A stretch of DNA of 63,978 nucleotides, filler included, from Sphacelaria rigidula (GCA_964200075.2; 8 parts of 8 records of this genome joined end to end with filler, not necessarily neighbours in it); one strand, 5' to 3'. Numbered from the whole stretch's first letter, positions 50,287 to 62,226 are shown. A program made the numbers and translations. Notes: generated by a model not told the origin, from the letters alone.

Positions 50287-53200
50287 TGTAGACCTAGCCA
50301 CCATTGTTACCTAAGGTCAGGGACATTGTAGGTGGAGTTGCGGGTCTGATTGCCGGACTCTGTGATGGTGACCTCCATGGCGAGTAGGCTTGGGTTTGTC
50401 ACTCTGGTGGAGAGAGGCTATATGGTCCTGTTCTCCTGCACTATGCTGAGGGTTAATCAATAATTAAGTAAAGCTGCTGAAGTCCATGTGCCCGTGATGG
50501 GAGGAGTCCACATGGCAATCTGATCTTGAGTGACAGTGGTATATAATGAACGACTGCTGACCGAAATGTACGAGGTGCAGGAGTATATCGCGGCGGACGG
50601 CCATGTTGTTCGTGCGCCGCAACAATATGTTGTCATCGATGGTCGCGCTGTCCGTGTCCGATTTCTGGATATGCCCTACTACGGTCGCAAGTTCTCCAGT
50701 GAAAAATCTGCTCAGTTTATGCGGAAGTATGAGGACTACCTTCGTGAGGTGTACGTAACGAACGTGCGTCAAGCACCCTGGCACGATGTTGAGGAGCCAG
50801 CGGTCTCTGACCTCATGCCCGCACATATCGAGTACTGTCTATGTGACACATTTTTGGATGTTGCGAATGATGTTGGGCAGGAGAAATTGCTCTTTGCGCT
50901 GCGCAAGCATGCATCTTATGCATCGCCGAGTATGGTGCAAGATAGTGTGAAGGTCGGTGGCGGTATAGACAGGCACGACAGTGCACCCGCCGAACGTGCA
51001 GTAGGTGCTGCGCGTTTGAAACAACGATACAGGGCAGCTGCTTGCCCTGTGACAGCCGAGAAACATGTGTCTGCCCGAGGGGACAGGCACGACAGTGTAC
51101 CCGCCGAACGTGTAGTAGGTGCTACGCGTTTGAAACCACGATACAGGGCAGATGCTTACACTGTGAAAGCCGAGAAGCATGTGTCTGCCCGAGGGGATAG
51201 GTACGATAGTGCAACCGCTGAACGTGCAGTCGGTAGGGCGCGTCTTAACCCACGATACAGGGCAGCTGTTTCCACTGTGCAGAGCGGGAAGGAAACACAG
51301 CACGTGCCTATCAAAGCGGGGAGGCATGAGTACGCGCCCGCCGAAAGTACCACGGTAAGAATTGGTTTGGATGCTGCTGGTATTTCTACTGGAGAGGGAA
51401 AATATGTCACGCCGCTCGAGCAGACTGCAGGCCGCTCAGCTGCCGCTGTTGCAGTTCAGGAGTGCGCTGAGAAAAGGGTGGCGACTGTAGCGAGTATGGG
51501 TGATACTGCTGCTGCTGTTGGCGATAGTGAGAGGGCGGGGTCTACATGGGCCAATGAACAAGTACTGGTGGGCGGAGGTCCCAGTTGCTTGTTGCCGCCG
51601 GACCAGCGCGAAGCTGGAGATACTCCTTGCATGCTCGAAGCTGCAGGGGAGTGTTATTCGCGTATTGCGAACGAGGAGGGTGATCAAGGAGCTTGCGATG
51701 CACAGGGTGAATCTATCTGCGCCAGTGACATGGCGGGAGATCGTTCAGATGATTCGCAGGGGTATCTGCTTGAAGGACAGGTGGATGCCGGGTTGGCGGA
51801 ATTGCCGCCGGAGCAGCGCGTAGCTGTGGACACGCCTTGTATGATGGAAACAATAGGGGGGTGTGACCCGCGTGAAGCGGGTACGCAGAGCGAACTGCAA
51901 GCTCGTGATGCTGTTAGCGATCACAATTCTGACGGCGACGACGAGCGTCGCGTGGTGTTGGGGTGGTCGTGTGCATTGGTGTTTACATGGGCAGCTTTGG
52001 CGTATTTGGCGGCGATGGCGGAGGTGTCTCCACTGTTTCGCCGCGGGGTGTTTGAGGAGGATAGTGTGCCATCAGGAGGTGTTGCTGTTCGGGACTGTGA
52101 AGCTGTTCCCACTTCACCTCTGGTTTCCTCTGTAAAACCGACTGAAGCACAGGTGTTCAGTACTACCCAAGTATCTGGGGAGGCAGATGATGTGTCGCAT
52201 TGGTTTGGCGGGACGAATATACCTTTTAGAGGCGTGTTGAGCTACACCATGGAGGTGCCAGATGTAGTTAGACTGAAGGTGCAAGGAGGGAGTGTCCGAG
52301 AGGAAAGGCTGCTCTACGCTGTGCATGGGGTTGTGGTTCGAGTGCTGCTGTTTCTCAGGAGCGGGCTGGAGGACTGCAAAGAAGGCATTATCTGACGTGT
52401 TTGCTGTTGTGGTGAGCGCCGAGTGGGGTACTGATGTTGAGGAGCAAGTGCTGTGGTGAATGAGTGCTTGTTGAGAATGAGGAAACACATTATGACTGGT
52501 ATTCGCGAATCGTTTTGAGAATGGTTTTAGCTTGTTCTTGTGTGGTTTGTGGTCATGCTTGCGCATGAAACATGGTTGTTGAGCAAGTATGATCGTATCG
52601 CGTGTGCAGGGTAAAACTCTGGCGTACACGTGGGTATTTGGCATGTGTGTGTTGCACTGATCTGGTTGGCACGGATGATGCATGGTGTTTGCTGCGAGGA
52701 AGGTAGCATTGCATGTGCTGAGTGAAATATTGGCATGCATGTGCGGATTTTCATATGCTGAGTGGAATTCTGGCAGGCATGTGCGATTTTTTGCTCGAAT
52801 GGTACTGATATGAATGGTATCTGGTGACGACCTAGGGTGGGGCAATTTTTAATATACTCCTGTATGCTAAATGAAGTGAAGCTCGTATAATTTTGTTTGC
52901 GCAGGAACACAGTCGAATCATATTTGTGCGGTTTGCACATACTGAGTGCAGGATATATGGTTTGCTGCTGTTAGCGTGAAAATGAGCTGAAAGGTACGAA
53001 ATGCGTAGGTTCGTCGTATGTGAGCAGGTATGACGCGAGACCTTCCGGTGGTTGGAGATAAAGACATTATACACGCATGCATCAATGATCTTTGACCGTG
53101 GCATGTTTTTGTATGGATTGTCACGTGTTTGAACGAGTACGTGGTTGGTTTTTCGTTCATGTCAGAAGGAGCATGTGGATGATGCGTCCATTTGTTCGAA

Positions 53201-54308
53201 GAACTGGTGCAGGTGGACTACAAGAGTGTCGAGGAAATCGTTATTTCTACATTTTGGCTGATGCACGGATGGGATATGACGGTCCAAGATCCAAACGAAA
53301 TATAGAAATGTCTGGGATTTGCTCGAAAACAAGAGTTTGAGAACGATAGTACCACGGGTGATGAATGATGGCGGAGGTCGAGGTCCGTTCGCCGTCGTTG
53401 GATTTGTATGCATGACTTGAAAAGCGGTTTGAGCCATGGCTTTCCTTTGATTGTCTTTATGAAATGAAGGCAAGTTGAAGCATTGGAGCTTTGACGGCGG
53501 GGAGGCATGCGATGCATACGTTTTTAATGGTGTTGCAGAAGCAAGAGGTCAGGTGCGTTTTAGACGTGTTGGGTTCATTATTTCCTTCTAGCGTGAGGAT
53601 GATGTATCATTTGGCTATTGCACTCCGTTGCGCAGGTGTTGAACGTACAAAGAGTGCATTTTGTATGTTGAGAAGAACCTTGTCTCGGATGAGAGAGGCG
53701 ATGAGTCACGAATGCTCTGGAATTTGACGTTTGCTGACATTTCCGGTTTCGTGCCGATGAAGAGTCAAGAGACTTGTTTTGGGCGAAGATTTGAGACTTT
53801 GGCGCTAGCTATCGCTTTGTAACTCGAAGTGGTGCAAGTAGCGTGATTGCATGTTCATGATGGATATTTTCTTGGAATCTCTTGCGAGTTGTTTGAAAGT
53901 GGGGCAAGCTTATATGGAGCTGTTGTCGAAAGCAGCGAAGAGATTGCATTTCTTTGCGGGAAACGACGGTACTATCAGGCACCAATGATGTCTGAGTTTG
54001 TCAAGCTCTGATGTAACTACTCGTTGGTAGTAGAGAGCTTTGGGGGTGCTGTAGACCTAGCCACCATTGTTACCTAAGGTCAGGGACATTGTAGGTGAAG
54101 TTGCGGGTCTGATTGCCGGCCTCTGTGATGGTGACCTCCATGGCGAGTAGGCTTGGTTTTGCCACTCTGGTGAAGAGAGGCTATATGGTCCTGTTCTCCT
54201 GTACTATGCTGAGGGTTAATACATAAGTAACTAAAGCTGCTGAAGTCCATGTGCCCGTGATGGGAGGAGTCCACATGGCAATCTAATCTTGAGTGATAGA
54301 GGTCTATA
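50287..54308 (+). mobile_element. Complete non-autonomous LTR retroelement (gag-only)
   Basis: Two similar 259-bp LTRs (50287-50545 and 54050-54308, TGTAGACC...GGTCTATA). Purine-rich tract before the 3' LTR. One long ORF and no recognisable pol motifs. Confidence 0.9.
50566..52395 (+). CDS. Gag-derived protein with 38-aa tandem repeats and a hydrophobic segment
   Basis: The N-terminus aligns by eye with the gypsy Gag at 1723. Three 114-bp repeats (DRHDSAPAERAVGAARLKQRYRA...EKHVSARG). VVLGWSCALVFTWAALAYLAAMA is a candidate TM helix. Confidence 0.7.
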   Translation: MYEVQEYIAADGHVVRAPQQYVVIDGRAVRVRFLDMPYYGRKFSSEKSAQFMRKYEDYLREVYVTNVRQAPWHDVEEPAVSDLMPAHIEYCLCDTFLDVANDVGQEKLLFALRKHASYASPSMVQDSVKVGGGIDRHDSAPAERAVGAARLKQRYRAAACPVTAEKHVSARGDRHDSVPAERVVGATRLKPRYRADAYTVKAEKHVSARGDRYDSATAERAVGRARLNPRYRAAVSTVQSGKETQHVPIKAGRHEYAPAESTTVRIGLDAAGISTGEGKYVTPLEQTAGRSAAAVAVQECAEKRVATVASMGDTAAAVGDSERAGSTWANEQVLVGGGPSCLLPPDQREAGDTPCMLEAAGECYSRIANEEGDQGACDAQGESICASDMAGDRSDDSQGYLLEGQVDAGLAELPPEQRVAVDTPCMMETIGGCDPREAGTQSELQARDAVSDHNSDGDDERRVVLGWSCALVFTWAALAYLAAMAEVSPLFRRGVFEEDSVPSGGVAVRDCEAVPTSPLVSSVKPTEAQVFSTTQVSGEADDVSHWFGGTNIPFRGVLSYTMEVPDVVRLKVQGGSVREERLLYAVHGVVVRVLLFLRSGLEDCKEGII

Positions 54309-55529
54309 GTACACTGTGTGTGTTGTCGTCTCATCTATTTTGAACGCTGGTCCAGACATTTTGGTAAATGTGGGCGCACCAGCCGGGGTCACACACACAG
54401 AAGGTCAGTCCGTGTTCAGGTTTTGAAACTAAAAAACACTGCATACTGCCGTGTTGTCTGGTGTTGGGTGTAGTACTCTGCAGTTCATACACCACTGCAG
54501 AGTTATCTGGTGCTGAGTGTACCACACTGTAGTCAAGATGATGGGGTCATCTTTTGGGCAGTTTTTAAGCAGTTTTCCGGAAGGTTCTTCCGATTTTTTA
54601 GAGGTTCTGCTCGTTATTTTAAAAGTATTCCGAAAAAACGAGAGTGTTTTCTGTCACAAAAATCTACAGCCGAATCTGGAATAGCCTGAGACAACAACCA
54701 ATTTAAAAATTGGAATTGTTTATATTATATACAATATATTTACATGTTATATATTTATATATATAAATATAAATATTCATCAAGGGGCAGTATATACTAT
54801 ACTATTTATTCATATATGAAAATATATGTGCTAAAGTATATACGATCCTTATATTATATATTATACATAACTATGTAAAGGAGCAGAAGCAAACATACAC
54901 CCCGCAAAGCCCACCAAACTTTTCGGATTTTGTCAATGTTGACTGATCAATTTCTTGCAACAAGGTTAGCAGGGGAAAAAAAATCAGGGCAATTTTGATT
55001 GTCGAAAAAACGCTCTTCGGCATCTGAGGTCATCGGGACAGAACGGGCAAGGAGCAGAAGCAGATATACGAACCCCACACAGCCCATCAGACTATTCTGT
55101 TTTTGTCGCAGCCTTCAGTGATAAATTTCTTGTAACAAAATGAACAAAAGAAATCAAAACAGTGTTTAGTGATCAAGTCCTTGTGACAAACTTGACAAAA
55201 CAAAAATGAAAAAATCATGACAATTTTCGAAAAAATGCCCTCCGGGAGGGGGGAAGGGGGGGGGGGGGGGGGGCTACGTGTCCCGAAATTGTTTTTCGAC
55301 TGCCCCTCGTGGGAGCCCACGTTTTTTCAATCTGCGACGGTTATATACGAGCAATTCGAGAGCCAAAGTTTTGAAAATGAGAGCGCCACGTGTACAACCT
55401 CGCCCGCGCATAGACGAGCACGTGTGATGCTCAGCGGGCAGGTGAACAGCACGCACATAGTTGACATGAACACAGCTACACACATGGAGAACATCCTCAA
55501 CAGGCAGGGTAAACTTGTAACCTTAAGTT

Positions 55530-55590
55530 TGCTTGGTTTTGAAAAACGTCGATCCTGAGGTGTTTCGAACTACGATGCGGACCTCTAAGG
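55530..55590 (-). mobile_element. Fragment of telomere-repeat MITE family
   Basis: GGTTTTGAAAAACGTCGATCCTGAGGTGTTTCGAACTACGATGCGGACCTCTAAG matches the family body and inner TIR. Confidence 0.7.
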
Positions 55591-56791
55591 CCGTGTTTCA
55601 ACGAAACAAGGGAAATGATAATCATTTCGTGATAGTGATAGTGAAGTGACGGTTCACAACTTCATTATCACGAAAAACCACGCGCCGTTCTAATCGAGTT
55701 TGCTACGGTGGGAAACAAGTGATACAGAAACGGTAAAACAGCATGCGGACAGACCAGCGACTTCAAGGAGGGCAAGAATCACGCGGAAGGGGGTATGGGT
55801 ATTCTCGCAGGTCGAAACGCGGATCGCCTTCCGCACGAGAAGAAGAAGCAAAAGCAGCAGTAGTATCAGCAGCATCTTTACTGCCAGTAGATGTACGTGG
55901 CTGAAGGGGCGTACTCATTTGTTGCTTGCCTTAGTCGTTTGACCATTGACCACGCATCCCTTTCCAGACNNNNNNNNNNNNNNNNNNNNNNNNNNNNNNN
56001 NNNNNNNNNNNNNTTAATTAATTAANNNNNNNNNNNNNNNNNNNNNNNNNNNNNNNNNNNNNNNNNNNNAAGGGGCTCCTAACAATTCTAACCTCAGAAT
56101 TTTTTTCTGTACCCCTACCGTAGCATCACTCGGCTTCGATGGAGTTTGAATACATCCACTCGGTTTCAGCGTGGTGTCGGTATCTAGTACTGGATCCCAG
56201 TACTTTGATGTCGTTGCGAAGCGCTTCGTTTAAATTGGTTGTTCTCCTTTCGATATCTTGTTGTGTGGAAATAACGTGCAACAGAGTACTGTACGGTATT
56301 CATTTCAACATCGAGTCCGACAGCTTTTCTATTTCAGCGCGTGCTGTTCAAAGTTCACGTATGTTCACGACATGTTGAAAACGTTCCTCCGGAGGAGGGG
56401 ATTCGAGAGATATCCGAAATTCAGATCGAGTTCATAAGTACCCTCGATCATACGAACAAGCAAACAACAATCCTCTGAAATCTGAGTCCACGACCTACTT
56501 CTTTGTCGGTCCGCTCGTTTATATCTGTGGGTCAAACGAGAAGCATGACACACTTCATACTTCCACCAAGCACCCTTCCTACGTACCGGAGCGTGAAGCC
56601 TTTTCACCACCGAGGGCGAGGGGGGGGGGTCATCTGGACCCTTCATTTACTCTTAGAAGGAATACCGACTTCAAGGAAAACAACGGGTGGTCGACCCTGG
56701 CGACCATAGTAGGGTAAAATTCATAGCAGGCTCACGTGCTGTACGGCAACACTCGAATAAAGAACAACTGTTCTGCAATTTTTTCTCGCAG

Positions 56792-59700
56792 CAAATATAC
56801 TTCTCCGAGACGATGGCCGAGGACGCAACGGTGGTTCTGTTGGAGTCCGGACCTTTCAAGCTAGAAGCCTCGTGCAGGACCACCGAGCATGACGACGACT
56901 GGTATGCGGTCTACTCGAGCGGGTCGTACGACTACAGCTACACGAGTCACTACGTAAGTGACATAAGTATGACGCGTAGAGCTTTGCAGAAGACAATACG
57001 CGAACCCCGGCGTCAAAAATGGACTCAGGCATTACAGCTGCCCAGATTTTGCCTGGAGTGGTTCAGGGGAATCGGGGTGACGGTGATTTGTGTTTTGAGA
57101 TGCCTAGACTATCAGAGGGTAGGTCAGACGCGCTGAAGGGGAGAGAGCAGCGCGGGGGGAGGATGGAGAAATTGTTTCCTAGTATAAATAACATTACCGC
57201 TGAATGTGTCGCACAAGTTGTCGACTATCCAGTAATAAGGTAAGATCACGCCGACCGAGGGTTAAAGCACACAGCGACGTGAGTAGGCGTTTCACGGCGG
57301 AAGCGAAGTAGGCTTTACAGAGGAAATGACGTGGTCGTCAACATACGTCGCTGCTACAGCCAACGAGCGCACATCTTATTCCATCAGCCCGGGGATGACG
57401 CTGTGATGCGTGAGAGGACCGCGTGAATCGGGGAACGCATTGGAGTTTAAAAACCACCATGGTCAGGGGTAGGGTTAGGGTTAGGGTTAGTGTTGGGGTT
57501 AGAGTGGGGGTGCGGTCTCTGCAGGGACTGGTCCGATTGGGTTCGAAAAACGTCGGTCCCGATGTATTTCGATCTGCGATGCGGTCCCCTGAGCACGCGG
57601 CCCTCTCACGCATCACGACGCCATGACAACCTTTGCACCAAAACACACAATTCACCTTAGATTATTCGCGCCGTTACCTCTACCCTTCTCCCCTGTCTCC
57701 GCCTCGTTGTATTGTCTCGACACTGGGAAATTTCTCATACGCGTGGATGCTCCGTCGATCTCCCGCGCAGCTGGCGTTGGATCTGACGTATACCTCCTCC
57801 GTGGAAGACTACGTGTACGGCCCGCCCTACTGGTGTGAGTGTTGCCACCACGGGTCTACTCTTGTATTTCGCCAGTCTTTTGAGAGCCTATACCTGACGT
57901 GATCTAGTAAAACCCCGTAGCGATTATGGTGCTGGCAATGTGCATCGAGAGGCAAGCAATGTTTTTTTGTTTGCTTAAATTGTAAGTGTCAAGACTTTCA
58001 CGAAGTAACTCCTCGGCACATGATCCGATTTTCATGGTCATGTTGTAATGCGTGAGAGGACCGCGTGCTTAAGAGGACCATGCCGTAGTTCAAAACACCG
58101 AAGGATCGATGTTTTTCAAAACCAGTCGGGCCTGTCCGTGCAGGTACCACGCCCCTGACCATAACCCCAACACTAACCCTAACCCTAACCCTAGCCATGG
58201 GGATGTTCAATCTCCGATGCGGTCCTCTAAGCACGCGGTCCTCTCACGCATTACAATGTTCCCGTTCGTCAAATAAATTTTTGTCAACTGTTGGGTAACA
58301 TTTGTATGTCCTGAGCTTCTCCGCCTCTCTGGCATGTACAGGGACCGGCTTGATTAAAGCGACGAGCTTTCCCCCCCCCACCCCCCCTCTCATCTCCAGG
58401 GAGCAGTCATCCTGATGAGGAAGTGCTAGTGGGGCCTTGGGCGGCGGGTGAGTCTAGGACGACCACTGTTTTCCAAGGTTACTCCGGTACTTATGGCGAC
58501 GACTTCACGCTCCAGAGCTTGTCTGGGTGAGTTCGTTGCGTGCGTTACTTCTTTGATGAATTGATTATCAAGCTATGGCAGTGCAAAGAAGGCCTCTGCC
58601 CTCAGTTGTTTCGCATGTTGGAGCACAAACCGGAACAGACATGTATATATACACACTTCCTCTGTCCCATGAGTAAAGTCCATGATGATCACATGGACCC
58701 GTAACCGTGTCCAATGCCGTAGGCGATACTTGTTTCGAGATCTTCAGGGTGTTTTTAGATTAATGCCTTTTTTTTGTCTGCTTGCGCAGCAAGTAGCGTA
58801 CACAAACGGCTGATGAATGATCAGTCGCCCCAAAAATGGCGATATTTTGCCCCTTCTCCAAAACACAAGAGAAGTATCCTGGGAACCCGAAAAACGGCGA
58901 AAATCGCGAAAAATCAAATCGACTCTTTTTCTCCGATTCATGACTGGCATACGATAGCTTCCTCTCATCCGAAACCACTGCAAGCTTAACTTACTTTAAA
59001 ACGAGCCAAATTCGTCGAAATTCGGCCGAAAATGTACAGATTGGACGGAAGTTGGTCGAAATTTGGTCTTGTTTGACCCAACGGTTGTAAGGTTGTAGGT
59101 CGAATATTTTGTTATTGTTATTTTAGGGGCCAGCTACACAACTATATAGTTTCAACGAACCTAATCGTAATATTGTGAGCATCTCCATCTATCCTCTATA
59201 ACGGACTTTACTTATGGGGCAGGGGAAGTATATTTACGCGTGACGTCAAAACCCCGAGTTAAGCAGCGACTAGTGTACCGACCGTCTGTGTAAATTGACA
59301 TGTGAAACATCGGTGTCTGATTCGCCGTCTCTTGCATCTTCCGTAGGCCACTGCGGAATCTGATCTGAATGCCGACCTTCCTTCAACACACCACACAGTA
59401 ATATTTCGTGTATCTTGTAATGCGTGAGAGGATCGCGTGCGTCGAGGACGGTATCGTAGTTCGAAACATGAGAGGATTGACGATTTTCGTAACCAATTGG
59501 GCAGGTCCCTGCAGGGACCACGCCCCTCATCATAACCCCAACGCTGATCCTAAGCCTAACCCTTAGCATAAGGGTGTTTAAAACCCAATGCGGTCCTCTA
59601 AGCACGCATGACATTGTCTCCCTCCTGGTTCGCGGGTCTGTGACTACCATCATATCTACTAGAACATCAATAGTTTCCTCGCTACTGTGTGATGTATCAG

Positions 59701-60383
59701 GCCATTTCATGCCACCTCCATACACCTGCTGCAATGCGTGGGAAGACCGCGTGCGTAGTGAACCGCGTCAAAATTTGAGTACTTCATGATCGATGTCTTG
59801 TAATACCGCTCGGGCCAGTCCCTGCAGGGACCGCGCGCCTGACCCCTGACCCTGACCCAAACCCTAACCCTAATCATAGGGACGTTCAAATGCCGATGCG
59901 GTCCCGTAAGCATGCGGTCCTCGCACGGATTACAATACGACGTACCCTCTCCCAATGCGTATTTCGGTGAAAACGGGATGAAGTGGTATGAACTAGAGTC
60001 TTGTTTGCAACAAAAATATTCGAAGAAACGTCGCTGCTTTTAATGACGAGTTGACGTGGAAAGTCGTGGAAGAAATAGCCCCAACCCTTCCCCCGCCCCC
60101 CCACCCTCCTCCATCGCAACATCACTCACCAAGCATTGGTTTTGTGTCTTCGCGTCAAAGCCATTTCTTGCTGTCTGCGAAACTTACGGGCGGGTTCATC
60201 TTTGTCTTCGTGTTTGGCTTGTACGGCAGGAACTACCTAAGCATTGACGGTGGTGACACAGCAGGCATCCACCGGGAGAACAGCGACTGGCTACCCGGGG
60301 GCGTGGAGGCCTTTCCCCAGGGCATTGAATGCATGGTTGCCGGCTTCATCACCTACCACATCCCCGCCATTCACGACGTCTAA
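56792..60383 (+). CDS. Unknown protein, 3' exons
   Basis: Splice-bounded coding-like exons 56792-56953, 57771-57834, 58400-58447 and terminal 60230-60383 (NYLSIDGGDTAG...CMVAGFITYHIPAIHDV*). One linking exon or donor choice is unresolved. Confidence 0.6.
57402..57616 (-). mobile_element. Telomere-repeat-bearing MITE, copy 5 (intronic)
   Basis: TGTGATGCG...CGCATCAC termini, TTAGGG tract, flanking duplication GACGC. Confidence 0.85.
58044..58255 (+). mobile_element. Telomere-repeat-bearing MITE, copy 6 (intronic)
   Basis: Full TIRs, CTAACCCTAACCCTAACCCTAG tract, 4-bp TSD ATGT. Confidence 0.9.
59416..59613 (+). mobile_element. Telomere-repeat-bearing MITE, copy 7 (intronic, diverged)
   Basis: Left TIR largely intact. 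The right TIR has lost one internal unit. Confidence 0.8.
59730..59934 (+). mobile_element. Telomere-repeat-bearing MITE, copy 8 (intronic, diverged)
   Basis: TGCAATGCG...GGATTACA termini and an AACCCTAACCCTAA tract. Confidence 0.8.
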
Positions 60384-61235
60384 TGAAGCGCTTCCCTTCA
60401 TCTGGATAAATGCCGAAGTGTCTATTTGCTGAGATGGACTCCTTGCAAATGCTTAAAAAGATCGTTTGCCGTCACAGGGTCTTATCAGAGGTGCTGGATC
60501 GTGCGGGATATGTGCAGGGTCGTCCTTGGAAGTGTTTCAAATAGCCCTGACAGGGGCTTGCCCTTCCTTTTGAAAAGATGCAGATATTTGGCCCTTCGGC
60601 TGACGTAGACTGTATCGCTTGTTCTGCTATGGTGCTCGACAGCTAGGTATGTATAGTTGTCGCAGCTCATGTGTTTGTCTTTGAATCTCGGCTCTACAGC
60701 AAAATTGCGGTAGTACAACTTGTGGCGGTTTAACGAAAGCTTGAGTCGTGAAACTGTTCACTGTATATAATTGACGTGCTTTTTAGGTAACACCACATAT
60801 ATGTGGGATATTGTGGATAGCAAACGTGCCGTCATTGTGTGTCATGGTGAGATACTGCAGCGAAGTATTTAAGCCACGTAGCTCGTGGTAAGTCTAGTGT
60901 AAAAACTGGCACGACTGGCACGTCAGACGTACGCTGAAAAAGATGACACGATATGACCTGACGTACGTATCATGACGCGGAATTGTTTCTTGTCCTGATG
61001 AAAAAAATCGGCTTGGGCTCGATGGGCAGCCTGGGTTCGACGATCTCGATCCCCCCACTACCCGCAAGAGATGAATAATAGGTTGTGTGAATGAGCAAGG
61101 CGAGGGGGGAAAGCCCGGGATGCCACTGACTGTTGATTGAGATATGGAGCGGTAGCGGACGTAGCCTAGCCCACGACTCGGACTTGGAAAGCCGGATTTG
61201 TGGAATTCACCGCTTTGACGGTCGGGTGTTGACTT

Positions 61236-61451
61236 TGTAATGCGTGAGAGGACCGCGTGCTTAGATTAGAGGACCGCGCCGTAGTTCAAAACACCTCAGG
61301 ATCGACGCTTTTCAAAACCAGTCGGGCCAGTCCCTACAGGTACTACGCCCCTGAACATAACCCCGACACTAACCCTAACCCTAACCCTCACTATAGGAAT
61401 ATGCAAATTTCGATGCGGTCCTTCAAGCACGCGGTCCTCCCACGCAGCACA
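61236..61451 (+). mobile_element. Telomere-repeat-bearing MITE, copy 9
   Basis: TIRs, CCCTAA tract and 5-bp TSD GACTT. Confidence 0.9.
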
Positions 61452-62226
61452 GACTTGCTTTTCAAGGATGCGCGCTGTTGGTGGAAATGGTGAGACTTGA
61501 CCTCCACGACAAACAGCTGGAGGTTCCAATGTCTTGTAGATCTTGTCGTGTTTGGTGCATTTTCGCACAGCGTTGAGTGCATTTCTCCTTCTGTTGAGCA
61601 AGGCGAGGGTATTGGAAGTTTATACAGCTAGTTATCTAGCTGCTCGTTCTTGTGTGGGTTTTTTTAGCTCTGGCAAATTAGCGGCATAATAGGTTTCGGT
61701 CCAAAAAGGGTGCCAACCCCAGAATTGGCCCTGGATACAAATACCGTTTTATGTGGATCCTTGGTGTCATATCTTCTTTTTTTAAAGTGCAACCTTTGCC
61801 ACCTCGAAATCTACGAATCACGTGTTTTCAATTTTGCCAAGAATTGATTGCTGCTGGTTTATGGTTGAACCAAGATCACGTGGTTTCAGAACCACCTCAA
61901 TGCACCATCGAATCTGCTTATCATAGACCCCCCGAAAGGTGCAATTGTTACCACCTCAATAATGTTTTCAACAAACACATATTGTGAGGTAGCGCCCATG
62001 ACTGTTGGCCCTATCTGCCATGTCACTCTGCCGAGAGTGGCAGGTTCATCATTCATATCATAGGGCCCATCGAGTATTTACAAAACACCAGAGTTCATCG
62101 GGAACCAACCTCAAATGGTTTCAGAACCATCTCATTGCGCCGGGGTAGTCGTGTGTACGCAAAGGTGACCCCCCCCCCCCCATCACTGGAAACCCCAGGA
62201 TGTCTCGGGACTGCGCCTGTTCATCT

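Noticed and set aside
58400-58415. In-frame TGA as possible selenocysteine
   Set aside because: It is only in frame with the alternative donor. The other phase reads through without a stop, and no SECIS was identified.
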